Positions 7,543 to 16,487 of a stretch of DNA of 18,121 nucleotides are shown one piece after another (position 1 is the stretch's first letter; every line of letters begins with the position of its first letter). The stretch lies in the NCBI GenBank assembly GCA_050952645.1, contig JBMNLI010000008.1:1-18121 (forward strand), given 5' to 3'. The notes under the pieces were generated by a model that did not search any database, was not told the DNA's origin, and saw nothing but the letters and a program-made list of their open reading frames with translations. Source of the DNA: Bdellovibrionota bacterium (GTDB lineage: Bacteria > Bdellovibrionota_C > UBA2361 > CAKMMH01). A program made the position numbers and the translations under genes.

Positions 7543-8736
7543 GTGAAGAGTTTAATGGATAACGAAAATATAATAAGTTTTACACCGACTTATCAAAATT
7601 ACCTTTGGGGGAAATCCTCTGAAGAGTCGCTTATATGTAATCACTTACAAAAAGATAAGATAAATGAAGAACTCCCTTACGCAGAACTATGGATTGGAGC
7701 GCACCCTAAATCATCTGGGCAAATAAGTAGTGAGCTTTCATTAAATGAACATATAAAAAAGAATCCATCTTTTTGCTTAGGTAGCACTTTAGAACTATTT
7801 GGCAACAAGCTTCCATTCTTATTAAAAATTTTATCCGTTAGAACCCCCTTATCTATTCAAGCTCACCCAGATAAAAAATTAGCTAAAATGCTTCACTCTC
7901 AAAGACCCGATATTTATCCTGATGATAATCATAAACCTGAAATAGCAGTCGCTCTTAGCACGCTCGATTTATTAGTAGGCTTTAAAGACCCTAAAGAAAT
8001 TCTTGAATATACCGAAACTTATCCCGCAATAAAAATAGCTTCAAACTATGTAGACCCGACTAAAGATTTAAAACAATTTTTAAAAAACATCATGGATTAT
8101 CCTAAGCAGGGACTCCTAGGCTTATTTAATTCCATGCAAAGAAAAATGAAATTAAAAGACCTAGCTACTTTAAAAATTGAAGAACAGTATTTTTTAAAAA
8201 CATTCAAAAATGAATTTCCCGAGGGAGACCATGGTTTGTTTGGTTTTTTTATTTTTCAATTTGTTAGATTAAAAAGTGGGGAAGCGATAGAGATAAAAGA
8301 AAATACTCCTCACTGTTATTTATACGGGGATCTTGTAGAGTGTATGGCAAACTCCGATAACGTAGTAAGAGCAGGACTTACTAACAAATATTGCGATGCT
8401 GAAACACTTATAGAAATGTTAAATTTTAAAAATACCTCTCAAAACGTGCTTACAAAAATAGTAAATATTGAAGATTTAAAAATTACGGAATTTATATCAT
8501 CTTACAAAGAATTTAAATTGATAAATATAACTGGCTCTAATTTTAATTATGAATATTTAACTAAAAATAGACCCTCAATAATATTTAATTTAGAGGGTTC
8601 TTTAGAATATTACACAGATAAATTTAATATCCACTCTTGCCCGCTAACGAAAGCCTTATTTGTGCCAGCATCGACTAGTAAGGTAAACCTTAAATTAAAT
8701 AATGCTAATGTATTTATAGCGTTAAGTAATAATTAA
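7543..8736 (+). CDS. manA: mannose-6-phosphate isomerase, class I
   Basis: YLWGK, PYAELWIGAHP, LPFLLKILS...LSIQAHPDK, YPDDNHKPE and PHCYLYGDLVECMANSDNVVRAGLT motifs. Confidence 0.95.
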   Translation: MKSLMDNENIISFTPTYQNYLWGKSSEESLICNHLQKDKINEELPYAELWIGAHPKSSGQISSELSLNEHIKKNPSFCLGSTLELFGNKLPFLLKILSVRTPLSIQAHPDKKLAKMLHSQRPDIYPDDNHKPEIAVALSTLDLLVGFKDPKEILEYTETYPAIKIASNYVDPTKDLKQFLKNIMDYPKQGLLGLFNSMQRKMKLKDLATLKIEEQYFLKTFKNEFPEGDHGLFGFFIFQFVRLKSGEAIEIKENTPHCYLYGDLVECMANSDNVVRAGLTNKYCDAETLIEMLNFKNTSQNVLTKIVNIEDLKITEFISSYKEFKLINITGSNFNYEYLTKNRPSIIFNLEGSLEYYTDKFNIHSCPLTKALFVPASTSKVNLKLNNANVFIALSNN

Positions 8737-8740
8737 AAAT

Positions 8741-8818
8741 AGTTCTTCAAGCATTTTGAGGTATGATAGATAATGCACATTTTAAGGAAATTAAAACCGC
8801 CTTAAAAAGTGAAGAACT
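8741..8818. repeat. 78-bp element bounded by inverted motif copies, between convergent genes
   Basis: AGTTCTTCA...TGAAGAACT. The right part (8779-8821) closely resembles 7255-7297. May also act as a bidirectional terminator. Confidence 0.7.
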
Positions 8819-8844
8819 AAAATTTAAAAAATTAACAAGTTCTT

Positions 8845-9774
8845 CTACAACGTGCTAACGTTAGCATATTTTTTAATAAAACTTATATTTTTACTATTTG
8901 AAAGCATAGGAAAATACGTAACGTCCCCCGATAGACAGTCTGCAACAGTTCCAAACGATGTAATCGCAACAACTCCTGCTATGCCTTTTACCTTTACTAC
9001 CACTGGGCCTCCCGAGTCGCCAGAGCAAACATTCGTTTTCGTAGTATCATAGCCAGCTACTAACCAAATAGAATCTACCGAACTTACTTTCATATACGTA
9101 GCTCTTAGAGACCCCTTGTCTCCAGTCTCCGTTACGCCGTAGCCATAAGTCATAATGCTATCATTTTTTGAAGGAACTACACTTACTACGATAGGAACGG
9201 GAGCTATGCCTGAAACTTTATTTTTTAATTTAACTATCGCAAGGTCTGAGCCTGCTTTAGGATTATATCCATCTTGAACGTAATAATTAGAAACCTCTAA
9301 TACATTACTTCCAGAAACGACCTGCACACTCTTAATAGCGGCTCCCCCAGGGATCTCTTTAAAGCAATGTCCTGCGGTAAGAACTGCATCTGTATCGACT
9401 AAAGTTCCACTACACATATAACGCCCTCCATCTATATTAACTAACACTTTCATTACAGGGCTTTTATATGGAGAACACGCCACACCATTTATAATCTTTA
9501 AAGAATACTTACCCTCAACAGCTCCACAAATATCTTTCGAGCTATCTGTATCATCATTATTATCATTTCCATCACCAGAGCCATCACCAGAGCCACCGCC
9601 TGAACCACCGCCTGGCGAACCTCCTCCTCCATTAGCAGGGCTCTCAACATTTTCGTCGGTGCTACTTAGCACACCATTTGGGTCGTACTGTTTCCCTGAG
9701 CTACCGCCATTACAAGATATAAAGAAAAAAACTAATCCTACTAATAATAAATAAAAAATATTCTTGATTTTCAT
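8845..9774 (-). CDS. lipoprotein S1 (chymotrypsin-fold) serine protease
   Basis: Signal peptide with lipobox-like FISC (Cys21), Gly/Asp-rich linker, triad motifs VLTAGHC, DLAIVKL and CSGDSGGP. Confidence 0.92.
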   Translation of the reverse strand: MKIKNIFYLLLVGLVFFFISCNGGSSGKQYDPNGVLSSTDENVESPANGGGGSPGGGSGGGSGDGSGDGNDNNDDTDSSKDICGAVEGKYSLKIINGVACSPYKSPVMKVLVNIDGGRYMCSGTLVDTDAVLTAGHCFKEIPGGAAIKSVQVVSGSNVLEVSNYYVQDGYNPKAGSDLAIVKLKNKVSGIAPVPIVVSVVPSKNDSIMTYGYGVTETGDKGSLRATYMKVSSVDSIWLVAGYDTTKTNVCSGDSGGPVVVKVKGIAGVVAITSFGTVADCLSGDVTYFPMLSNSKNISFIKKYANVSTL

Positions 9775-10054
9775 AATTTATATATTCCCAAATACTATTC
9801 TTAAAAAATACCGTTCTTAAAAAAACTAATATCCATCAATTACTATATTTGATGCTAAAAGGTTTAAAGATGATTTTTTTATTTTTAAGAAATTAGAAGA
9901 AAATATATAAATAATAATATATATAGATTATATATAGGGAGAAATTTTTTATGCGTTTAAAGATAGTCAGGAAAAAATCTATTTTAAAGATAACTTAAAA
10001 CCATCTCTAAACGCTTCAGGAAAAATTAAAAGTTTAAAGAACGACTAGAAACAA

Positions 10055-11119
10055 CTATCTTATAACGAAATCGCTCTTACTAGATAAAGTTTTTACAAAC
10101 TCTGCTATCCATTTAGAAATCGTTTCTAAATCTTTTAAATGACATACCTCAACCTGAGTATGCATATATCTATTAGGAACGCTTATACAAGCGCTAGCTA
10201 CTCCGCTTCTAGTTATCTGCAATGCCCTAGTGTCGTTTGATAGCACATTTGGAGCGATATCTTTTTGATAAGGAATTTTATGTTTCTTAGCAGTCGCTAA
10301 TAGCTTATCGTAAAGCACAGGATTGCAAACTGCCCCTTTTGCTAAAGCTCCCCCTTTACCTAGTTCTATTTGCGGAACTTTCTTTTCATTATATCCAGGA
10401 TTGTCCGTTGAAAAAGTTACATCTACACAAATTCCAACGAAAGGATCGATACCAAAACTTGCAGTCTGCGCGCCTCTAGTTCCTATCTCTTCTTGAACTG
10501 TGCTAACAACATAAAGACCTACATCTAATTTAGACTTAGCACATAATCTTAAGGCTTCCATAACGCAAAATAGGCCTGCCTTATTATCTAAAGCTGGGCT
10601 AGAAATATAGCCATTTTTAAGCTCCGTAACGCCTAACTTATACGTTACGTAATCGCCTATCTCAACATATTTTTCAGCATCTTTCAAATCTTTTGCACCT
10701 ATATCGATAAAAGCTTCAGTAATATCTAGCTTTAAAACTTTTCTTTCATCTACCGTTTGTTTGTGGATTGGTTTTCTTCCGAATACTCCTTGAACCTCAC
10801 CTTTTTTACCGTAAATAGTGGCGTAGGCTCCAGGGACTACACCCGCATCGATGCCTCCTACAGATTTTACATAAATAAAACCATCTGCCGAAATATGACT
10901 TACCATAAAACCTATCTGGTCGCAATGCCCAGTAAGTATAACCTTTTTTTCCGCTTTTGGATTTAATATGCAAATTAAATTGCCAACCACATCACTCTCT
11001 ATAACGTCTGCATATTTTTCCATTCTTTTTCTTACTACTCTTTGAACCTGCGCCTCGTAGCCAGTTGGAGATGGCGTATTTAATATTTCATATAAAAACT
11101 CTTTTGATTCTTTATTCAT
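10055..11119 (-). CDS. M42 family metallopeptidase (TET-like aminopeptidase)
   Basis: PSPTGYE, GHCDQIGFMV, ALDNKAG, VQEEIGTRGA, DVT and RYMHT motifs. Confidence 0.93.
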   Translation of the reverse strand: MNKESKEFLYEILNTPSPTGYEAQVQRVVRKRMEKYADVIESDVVGNLICILNPKAEKKVILTGHCDQIGFMVSHISADGFIYVKSVGGIDAGVVPGAYATIYGKKGEVQGVFGRKPIHKQTVDERKVLKLDITEAFIDIGAKDLKDAEKYVEIGDYVTYKLGVTELKNGYISSPALDNKAGLFCVMEALRLCAKSKLDVGLYVVSTVQEEIGTRGAQTASFGIDPFVGICVDVTFSTDNPGYNEKKVPQIELGKGGALAKGAVCNPVLYDKLLATAKKHKIPYQKDIAPNVLSNDTRALQITRSGVASACISVPNRYMHTQVEVCHLKDLETISKWIAEFVKTLSSKSDFVIR

Positions 11120-11283
11120 AATTTCAAACCTTTTAAATAATATAATTTTGCAAAATTTTTTTAATAACTTTTAAAAAACTATCTTTTACAACTTATAAGA
11201 TTATAATTTAATACTATAACTTAAGATGACAAAAAGTAATAAGTGTATCAAGATAGTTTTTAATTTTATTCCCCCCTTACTTT

Positions 11284-11342
11284 ATTTATTCTTTATCATT
11301 TATTCTTTTATATCATTTATTCTTTTATATCTTTTTTATTCT
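11284..11342. repeat. ~17-bp tandem repeats at a gene 3' end
   Basis: ATTTATTCTTTTATATC x2 plus degenerate copies, one of which includes the stop codon at 11336. Confidence 0.8.
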
Positions 11343-12589
11343 CTTGCTTCCTTTGCTTCTTCTCGTGCTTCTTCTTTTACTCCCTCCTTTGCTTCGTTTT
11401 GAGATAAATCTGATGGCATAGAGGGCTTTAAATAATAGAAATAATGAACGCTCGAAATAAGAAGTCCAAGCATAGAAAATGTAAAAATTGTAGCAGGATA
11501 CATCCAAATGACACTAATATATTTAGGATTCGATATTTCAAAGATTGAAGAAACGAATACCATTATATAAGATGATAGCGACATAAGAAACAAAGCATAA
11601 AATTGCCTTTGATGAATCTTCATAACTCTATAATAAAATAAAAACGAAACTACACTTACAAGAATAAAAAATATAAAAACACACAAGCAATTTATATGCG
11701 GATAAATATATACTTTATTTAATATGAAACCTGCCATACTGCTTGCCGTGCTTTCGTTTAGATTTAAAAAAAACGTAAAATTATTTAAAATATTATCGAA
11801 TGCAATAGAAGCAGAAACGTTATTTAAAAGAACATCTATCCCTACTTGCATTACACACGCACAAACGAGAGCGAAAAACATAACTTTACAAAACGAAAAC
11901 ACTCTATTTATCGCAAAATTTCTTTCCCACTTATAATATATCCCATGGTACATAGCTATAATTAAGCAAGAAAACATAATAAAAAATATACTTCTATATG
12001 ATATACACAATCTAAAAATTATAGATATAAATAAGAAAAACTTAATTTGCCTTTGAATGTAAGTGTTATTTAATCTTTCAAACAAAAGTAAAAATGAAAG
12101 TCCTACGGAAGGAAGATATAAAGAAAAAATACTACATGAAATAAGACCTGAAAGAATAGCAAAAACTGGGCTTAGCAATATCGCTAGCCCACTTAAAAAC
12201 GATGATACGAAACCAAACTCAAAATTTATCCAAATAAGTAAAAGTGAAAAAATCAAAATTAGCATATACTTATTAAATTTTTCTATAAGCTCTACTAATT
12301 GCAATTTATTATCCACTGCAAGCGTAGAAGCAACGCCCTTTATAAGAACGCTATTTAATGAATAGTTAAAAAAACTTTCGCTGTGTTTAGAAGATAAACC
12401 TTCTACTCTTTTAATATCATTTTTAATGTTACTAGTTTCGATAACTTCTTTAATTATCCTAGAATTGATTATTTTCACTTTTTCAAGTTCACTTTTATGA
12501 GAAATCTCAAATGTATTTTTAACTAATGATTCGTAAGATAAAAAAACAAATAATAAAAGAAAGCAAGTTTTTATTAGTCTAAAAAACAT
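11336..12589 (-). CDS. hypothetical polytopic membrane protein
   Basis: Long ORF with roughly 10 hydrophobic segments and a charged EAKE/EARE tail. The in-frame ATG at 12589 (MFFRLIK) is preferred over TTG 12652. Confidence 0.7.
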   Translation of the reverse strand: MFFRLIKTCFLLLFVFLSYESLVKNTFEISHKSELEKVKIINSRIIKEVIETSNIKNDIKRVEGLSSKHSESFFNYSLNSVLIKGVASTLAVDNKLQLVELIEKFNKYMLILIFSLLLIWINFEFGFVSSFLSGLAILLSPVFAILSGLISCSIFSLYLPSVGLSFLLLFERLNNTYIQRQIKFFLFISIIFRLCISYRSIFFIMFSCLIIAMYHGIYYKWERNFAINRVFSFCKVMFFALVCACVMQVGIDVLLNNVSASIAFDNILNNFTFFLNLNESTASSMAGFILNKVYIYPHINCLCVFIFFILVSVVSFLFYYRVMKIHQRQFYALFLMSLSSYIMVFVSSIFEISNPKYISVIWMYPATIFTFSMLGLLISSVHYFYYLKPSMPSDLSQNEAKEGVKEEAREEAKEARE

Positions 12590-12729
12590 AGGTTTTAACC
12601 TTTTCTTTTTATAATTTATTAAATGTAAATTTTTTTTTAAGCCACTTTGCAACGTAAAAGAACGAAACTTTCACTCTTTATAATTTCGTTTTTTAACATT
12701 TTACTTTTAAACATTTCACTTTTAAACAT

Positions 12730-13925
12730 TTAAAGAAATGTTTCTATTTTTCTTTTACAAGTATTTAAAAAACATTCATCTTTAACTTTCTCTAAAGTTT
12801 CATCTATAAAAGCATTTAGCAAGATTTTTTTTAGCGAGCGTTTCTTTAATCCCCCTAGTAAGCAAATAAAAAAGCTTCTGCCTGTCTAACTCTCCATAAG
12901 TTGCCCCGTGGGAACATTCTACATCGTCAGAAAAAATTTTAAGCCAAGGCTTAGCCTTTGCTTTTGCGTCCTTAGAAAACAGCATCGAACGGCAAAGCTG
13001 AGTAGATTTTATTTTTTCTAAATTTTTTTCTACTACCACCTCTCCTGTAAAGGCAGTTCTAGCGCTATCTTTTAGTACAAACTTAACATCCTGAGCGGAA
13101 CGGGTAAAGCTTGATTTATGATTCATACTTACTAGCACATCGATAAAAGAGCTATTTTTTGCAAAATTTATATTTGAAACTTTCGACAAAGCTAGTCTTT
13201 TTAAGAGATTTATATTTATTTTTTCTCTTAATATATTTTTTGAAAAATTTATATTAGTTAAATTAAACTCTCCTAAAACGTTTATATTATCATTAAAGAT
13301 GATTTTATTGCTTTCGTTTTCCACGTATCTATACATTTCTAGCTTGCAACCTTCAAAAATATTTACGAAAGAAACCGGAAGCACTAAATGCGTATTAGTG
13401 TTATCACTGTTTTCATCGATATAAGTTTCTATAATATTAGCAAAAGAGCTATTTTTTATATCAAGAATAATTATAGGCGAGTATAGTGCTCTTTCTTTAT
13501 TAGCCCCTAAAAAATAGTTTATTCTTAAAGGACTCTTTAAGCTTTTAAAAATTTCTATAACTAAAATTTCCCTTGATTTAAGCAAAGAAACTTTTTCAAA
13601 AAAATTTAAATTTTTATCTAAATCTAATAAGCTAGAAGCATTTTCTAGAGAATATTTTTTTATACTAACGCCATCTCGAACTTTTGAATTTATATAAAAT
13701 TTATCTCTATAATTTATTTCTATTTCATCACTACTTGCTTTTATAGACTCTAAACTATCGAGACTTTTAGGCAAGACGTATTTATCATCGTTTATAACAC
13801 TAGACAAATTAAAAATCTCTATACTCTTCTTTGTTTTTAGACGGAAGTTCATCGTCGTTAAAATAGATAATTTTGCTACTATCTTTATTTAAATTATAAA
13901 TATCTTCTATTGAAAACTTATCCAT
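12730..13925 (-). pseudogene. sufD: Fe-S assembly protein SufD, interrupted by two +1 homopolymer frameshifts (may be sequencing errors)
   Basis: Core ORF has KPWLKIFSDDVECSHGATYG and LFYLLTRGI. The N-terminus MDKF...LPSKNKEEYRDF lies in another frame (13925-13809), as does the C-terminus ILLNAFIDETLEKV...ETFL* ending at 12730. Confidence 0.85.
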
Positions 13926-14030
13926 TCTTACCTTTTATTTTTTATCTTCTTATTTACTTTTCTCTTTTACTTTTCCCATGTATTTTCTTCACGTATCTTT
14001 TTCTTTCTAACTTCCTTTTTAACTTTCTTT

Positions 14031-14068
14031 TTATTCTTCTAGTTTATTTTGCTAGTTTATTCTTCTAG
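14031..14068. repeat. 13-bp tandem repeat x3 including the sufC stop
   Basis: TTATTCTTCTAGT, TTATTTTGCTAGT, TTATTCTTCTAG. Confidence 0.85.
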
Positions 14069-14812
14069 CCAAGCGTAGCCATCTTTTTCAAGTTTATCTG
14101 CTAATGAAGCATCTTCGCTACGCACTATCTTTCCATTAATTATCACGTGAACCTTATCTGGCTTTATGTAATCTAAAAGTCTTTTATAATGCGTAATTAA
14201 AAGAAAGGAAGCCTTAGGATTTTCTTTTTTATATTCGTTTATCGCATTTGAAACATCGAAAAGTGCATCTATATCTAGTCCAGAGTCGATCTCATCTAAA
14301 ATGGCAAGCTTTGGCTTTAAAAATGAAAGTTGTAAGATTTCACATCTCTTTTTTTCTCCACCAGAAAAACCCTCATTTACAAAACGAGAAATAATTTTTG
14401 ATGGAAAATTTAACTTAGTAGCTTTCTCTTCAAGCATCGCTCGAAACTCTTTTAACCCTACCTCTTTCTCTCCTCTATACTTTCTTATCTCATTTAGCGA
14501 GGTTCTTAAAAAATAATTTAGCATAACCCCAGGAAGTTCAATCGGGTTTTGAAAAGATAAAAATATGCCCTCTCCTGCTCTTTCCTCTGGGCTTAATAAT
14601 AATAAATCTTTATCATTAAAAGAAACTTTCCCTTTAGACACTTTATATAGCGGATTTCCAGCTAGAACGTTTGATAAAGTGCTTTTCCCAGAACCATTAA
14701 GCCCCATTATAGCATGCACTTCTCCTTCTTTTATTTCTAAATTTATGCCTTTTAAAATTTGATTGCCATCAATCTCTGCATACAAATTTTCTATTTTTAA
14801 AATAGTTTTCAT
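14057..14812 (-). CDS. sufC: Fe-S cluster assembly ATPase SufC
   Basis: GEVHAIMGLNGSGKST, VNEGFSGGEKKR, ILDEIDSGLDIDAL and ITHYKRLLDYIKPD motifs. Confidence 0.97.
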   Translation of the reverse strand: MKTILKIENLYAEIDGNQILKGINLEIKEGEVHAIMGLNGSGKSTLSNVLAGNPLYKVSKGKVSFNDKDLLLLSPEERAGEGIFLSFQNPIELPGVMLNYFLRTSLNEIRKYRGEKEVGLKEFRAMLEEKATKLNFPSKIISRFVNEGFSGGEKKRCEILQLSFLKPKLAILDEIDSGLDIDALFDVSNAINEYKKENPKASFLLITHYKRLLDYIKPDKVHVIINGKIVRSEDASLADKLEKDGYAWLEE

Positions 14813-14900
14813 AATTCTTTACCATTTATATATTTACTAATTATACATTTATCAATTTTAAATTTTTTTATTAGCTTAAAGCTTTACACTTCCTTGTGCC

Positions 14901-14960
14901 ACCTTATACTTATCTTAATACTTACCTTAATACTTGCATTATACTTACCTTATGCCTACC
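14901..14960. repeat. 11-12-bp degenerate tandem repeat x5 at the sufB 3' end
   Basis: TTATACTTATC, TTAATACTTACC, TTAATACTTGCA, TTATACTTACC, TTATGCCTACC. Confidence 0.75.
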
Positions 14961-16404
14961 CTACGCTCCCTTCTAACGTAACTGCTAAAAGTTGCCTAGC
15001 CTCGATGGCAAACTCCATAGGAAGCTCGTTTAAAACCTCCTTACAAAATCCATTAACTATTAAAGATATAGCATCTTCTTTCGACATACCTCTTTGATTA
15101 CAATAAAAAATTTGCTCATCACTTATTTTTGAAGTAGTAGCTTCATGCTCTACGGTTGCAGTCTCGTTTGCTACATCTATATAAGGAAAAGTATGAGCCC
15201 CACACTTATTACCTATAAGCATTGAATCGCATTGAGAATAGTTTCTCGAGTTATTTGCAGATGGTAAAATTTTTACTAGTCCTCTATAAGAATTATTGCT
15301 ATTTAATGCACTGATACCTTTTGAAATAATCGTGCTTTTAGTATTGTTTCCAATATGCACCATTTTAGTTCCCGTATCTGCCTGTTGATAATTATTTGTA
15401 ACTGCTACCGAATGAAATTCCCCAACGCTTCCATCGCCCTTTAATATACAGCTTGGATATTTCCAAGTGATAGCCGAACCCGTTTCAACTTGTGTCCAAG
15501 AAATTTTAGAATTCGTCCCTAAACAAATTCCTCTTTTAGTAACGAAATTATAAACACCCCCTTTTCCCTCCTTATCTCCAGGATACCAATTTTGAATTGT
15601 CGAGTATTTTATATGGGCATCTTCTAGTGCTACAAGCTCGACTACTGCCGCGTGGAGCTGGTACTCATCACGCATAGGAGCAGTGCACCCCTCTAAGTAG
15701 CTAACCGTGCTTCCCTTATCTGCAATAATTAGTGTTCGCTCAAATTGTCCCGTATTTTGTGCATTAATTCTAAAGTAAGTAGAAAGCTCTATTGGGCATT
15801 TAACACCTTTAGGAACGTAAACGAAAGTGCCATCTGAAAAAACGGCGGAATTTAATGCTGAGAAAAAATTATCTTCTACTTTCACTACCGATGCTAAATA
15901 TTTTTTTATAAGCTCTGGATAATCTCTTACGGCTTCACTAATCGAGCAGAAAATAATTCCCACATCACTTAATTGTTTCTTATACGTCGTTGCGATTGAA
16001 ACACTATCAAACACCGCATCGACGGCTACTCCTTCTAGCATTTTTTGTTCTTCTAAGGGAATACCTAGCTTTTTATAAGTTTCTAAAATTTCCTTGTCTA
16101 CATCATCTAGACTTTTAAGATCATTTATTTTTTTAGGCGCTGAATAATAACTAAGTGAGTTATAATCTATAGGCTCATACTTTAAAAATGCCCAAGACGG
16201 TTCCTTTAATTTTTGCCATTTTCTAAAAGCGTTTAAACGAAACTCTAGCATAAAATCTGGCTCTCTTTTTTTTTGAGAAATTAGCCTTACAATATTCTCA
16301 CTAATTCCAGCAGGGAGCGTATCGCTTTCTATATTCGTAGTAAACCCGTACTTGTATTCTGAGTCTTGTAATTTTTGTAAGATATCAACCTGATTTTTTT
16401 TCAT
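14956..16404 (-). CDS. sufB: Fe-S cluster assembly protein SufB
   Basis: [47 protein letters not shown] and EHEATTSKI motifs. Confidence 0.98.
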   Translation of the reverse strand: MKKNQVDILQKLQDSEYKYGFTTNIESDTLPAGISENIVRLISQKKREPDFMLEFRLNAFRKWQKLKEPSWAFLKYEPIDYNSLSYYSAPKKINDLKSLDDVDKEILETYKKLGIPLEEQKMLEGVAVDAVFDSVSIATTYKKQLSDVGIIFCSISEAVRDYPELIKKYLASVVKVEDNFFSALNSAVFSDGTFVYVPKGVKCPIELSTYFRINAQNTGQFERTLIIADKGSTVSYLEGCTAPMRDEYQLHAAVVELVALEDAHIKYSTIQNWYPGDKEGKGGVYNFVTKRGICLGTNSKISWTQVETGSAITWKYPSCILKGDGSVGEFHSVAVTNNYQQADTGTKMVHIGNNTKSTIISKGISALNSNNSYRGLVKILPSANNSRNYSQCDSMLIGNKCGAHTFPYIDVANETATVEHEATTSKISDEQIFYCNQRGMSKEDAISLIVNGFCKEVLNELPMEFAIEARQLLAVTLEGSVG

Positions 16405-16487
16405 ACTTAAATTTTGTTTTTAGCTTTTTAATTTAAATTATTTTAATTTTATTATTTTTCTTTTGTTTATTTTTAATTTTACTGCTC

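Noticed and set aside
13926..14030. Small ORF or ncRNA in the sufC-sufD spacer
   Set aside because: Low-complexity purine-rich (minus-strand) sequence with no convincing ORF or structure. The TTCTTCACGT at ~13985 is too short to count as a motif copy.
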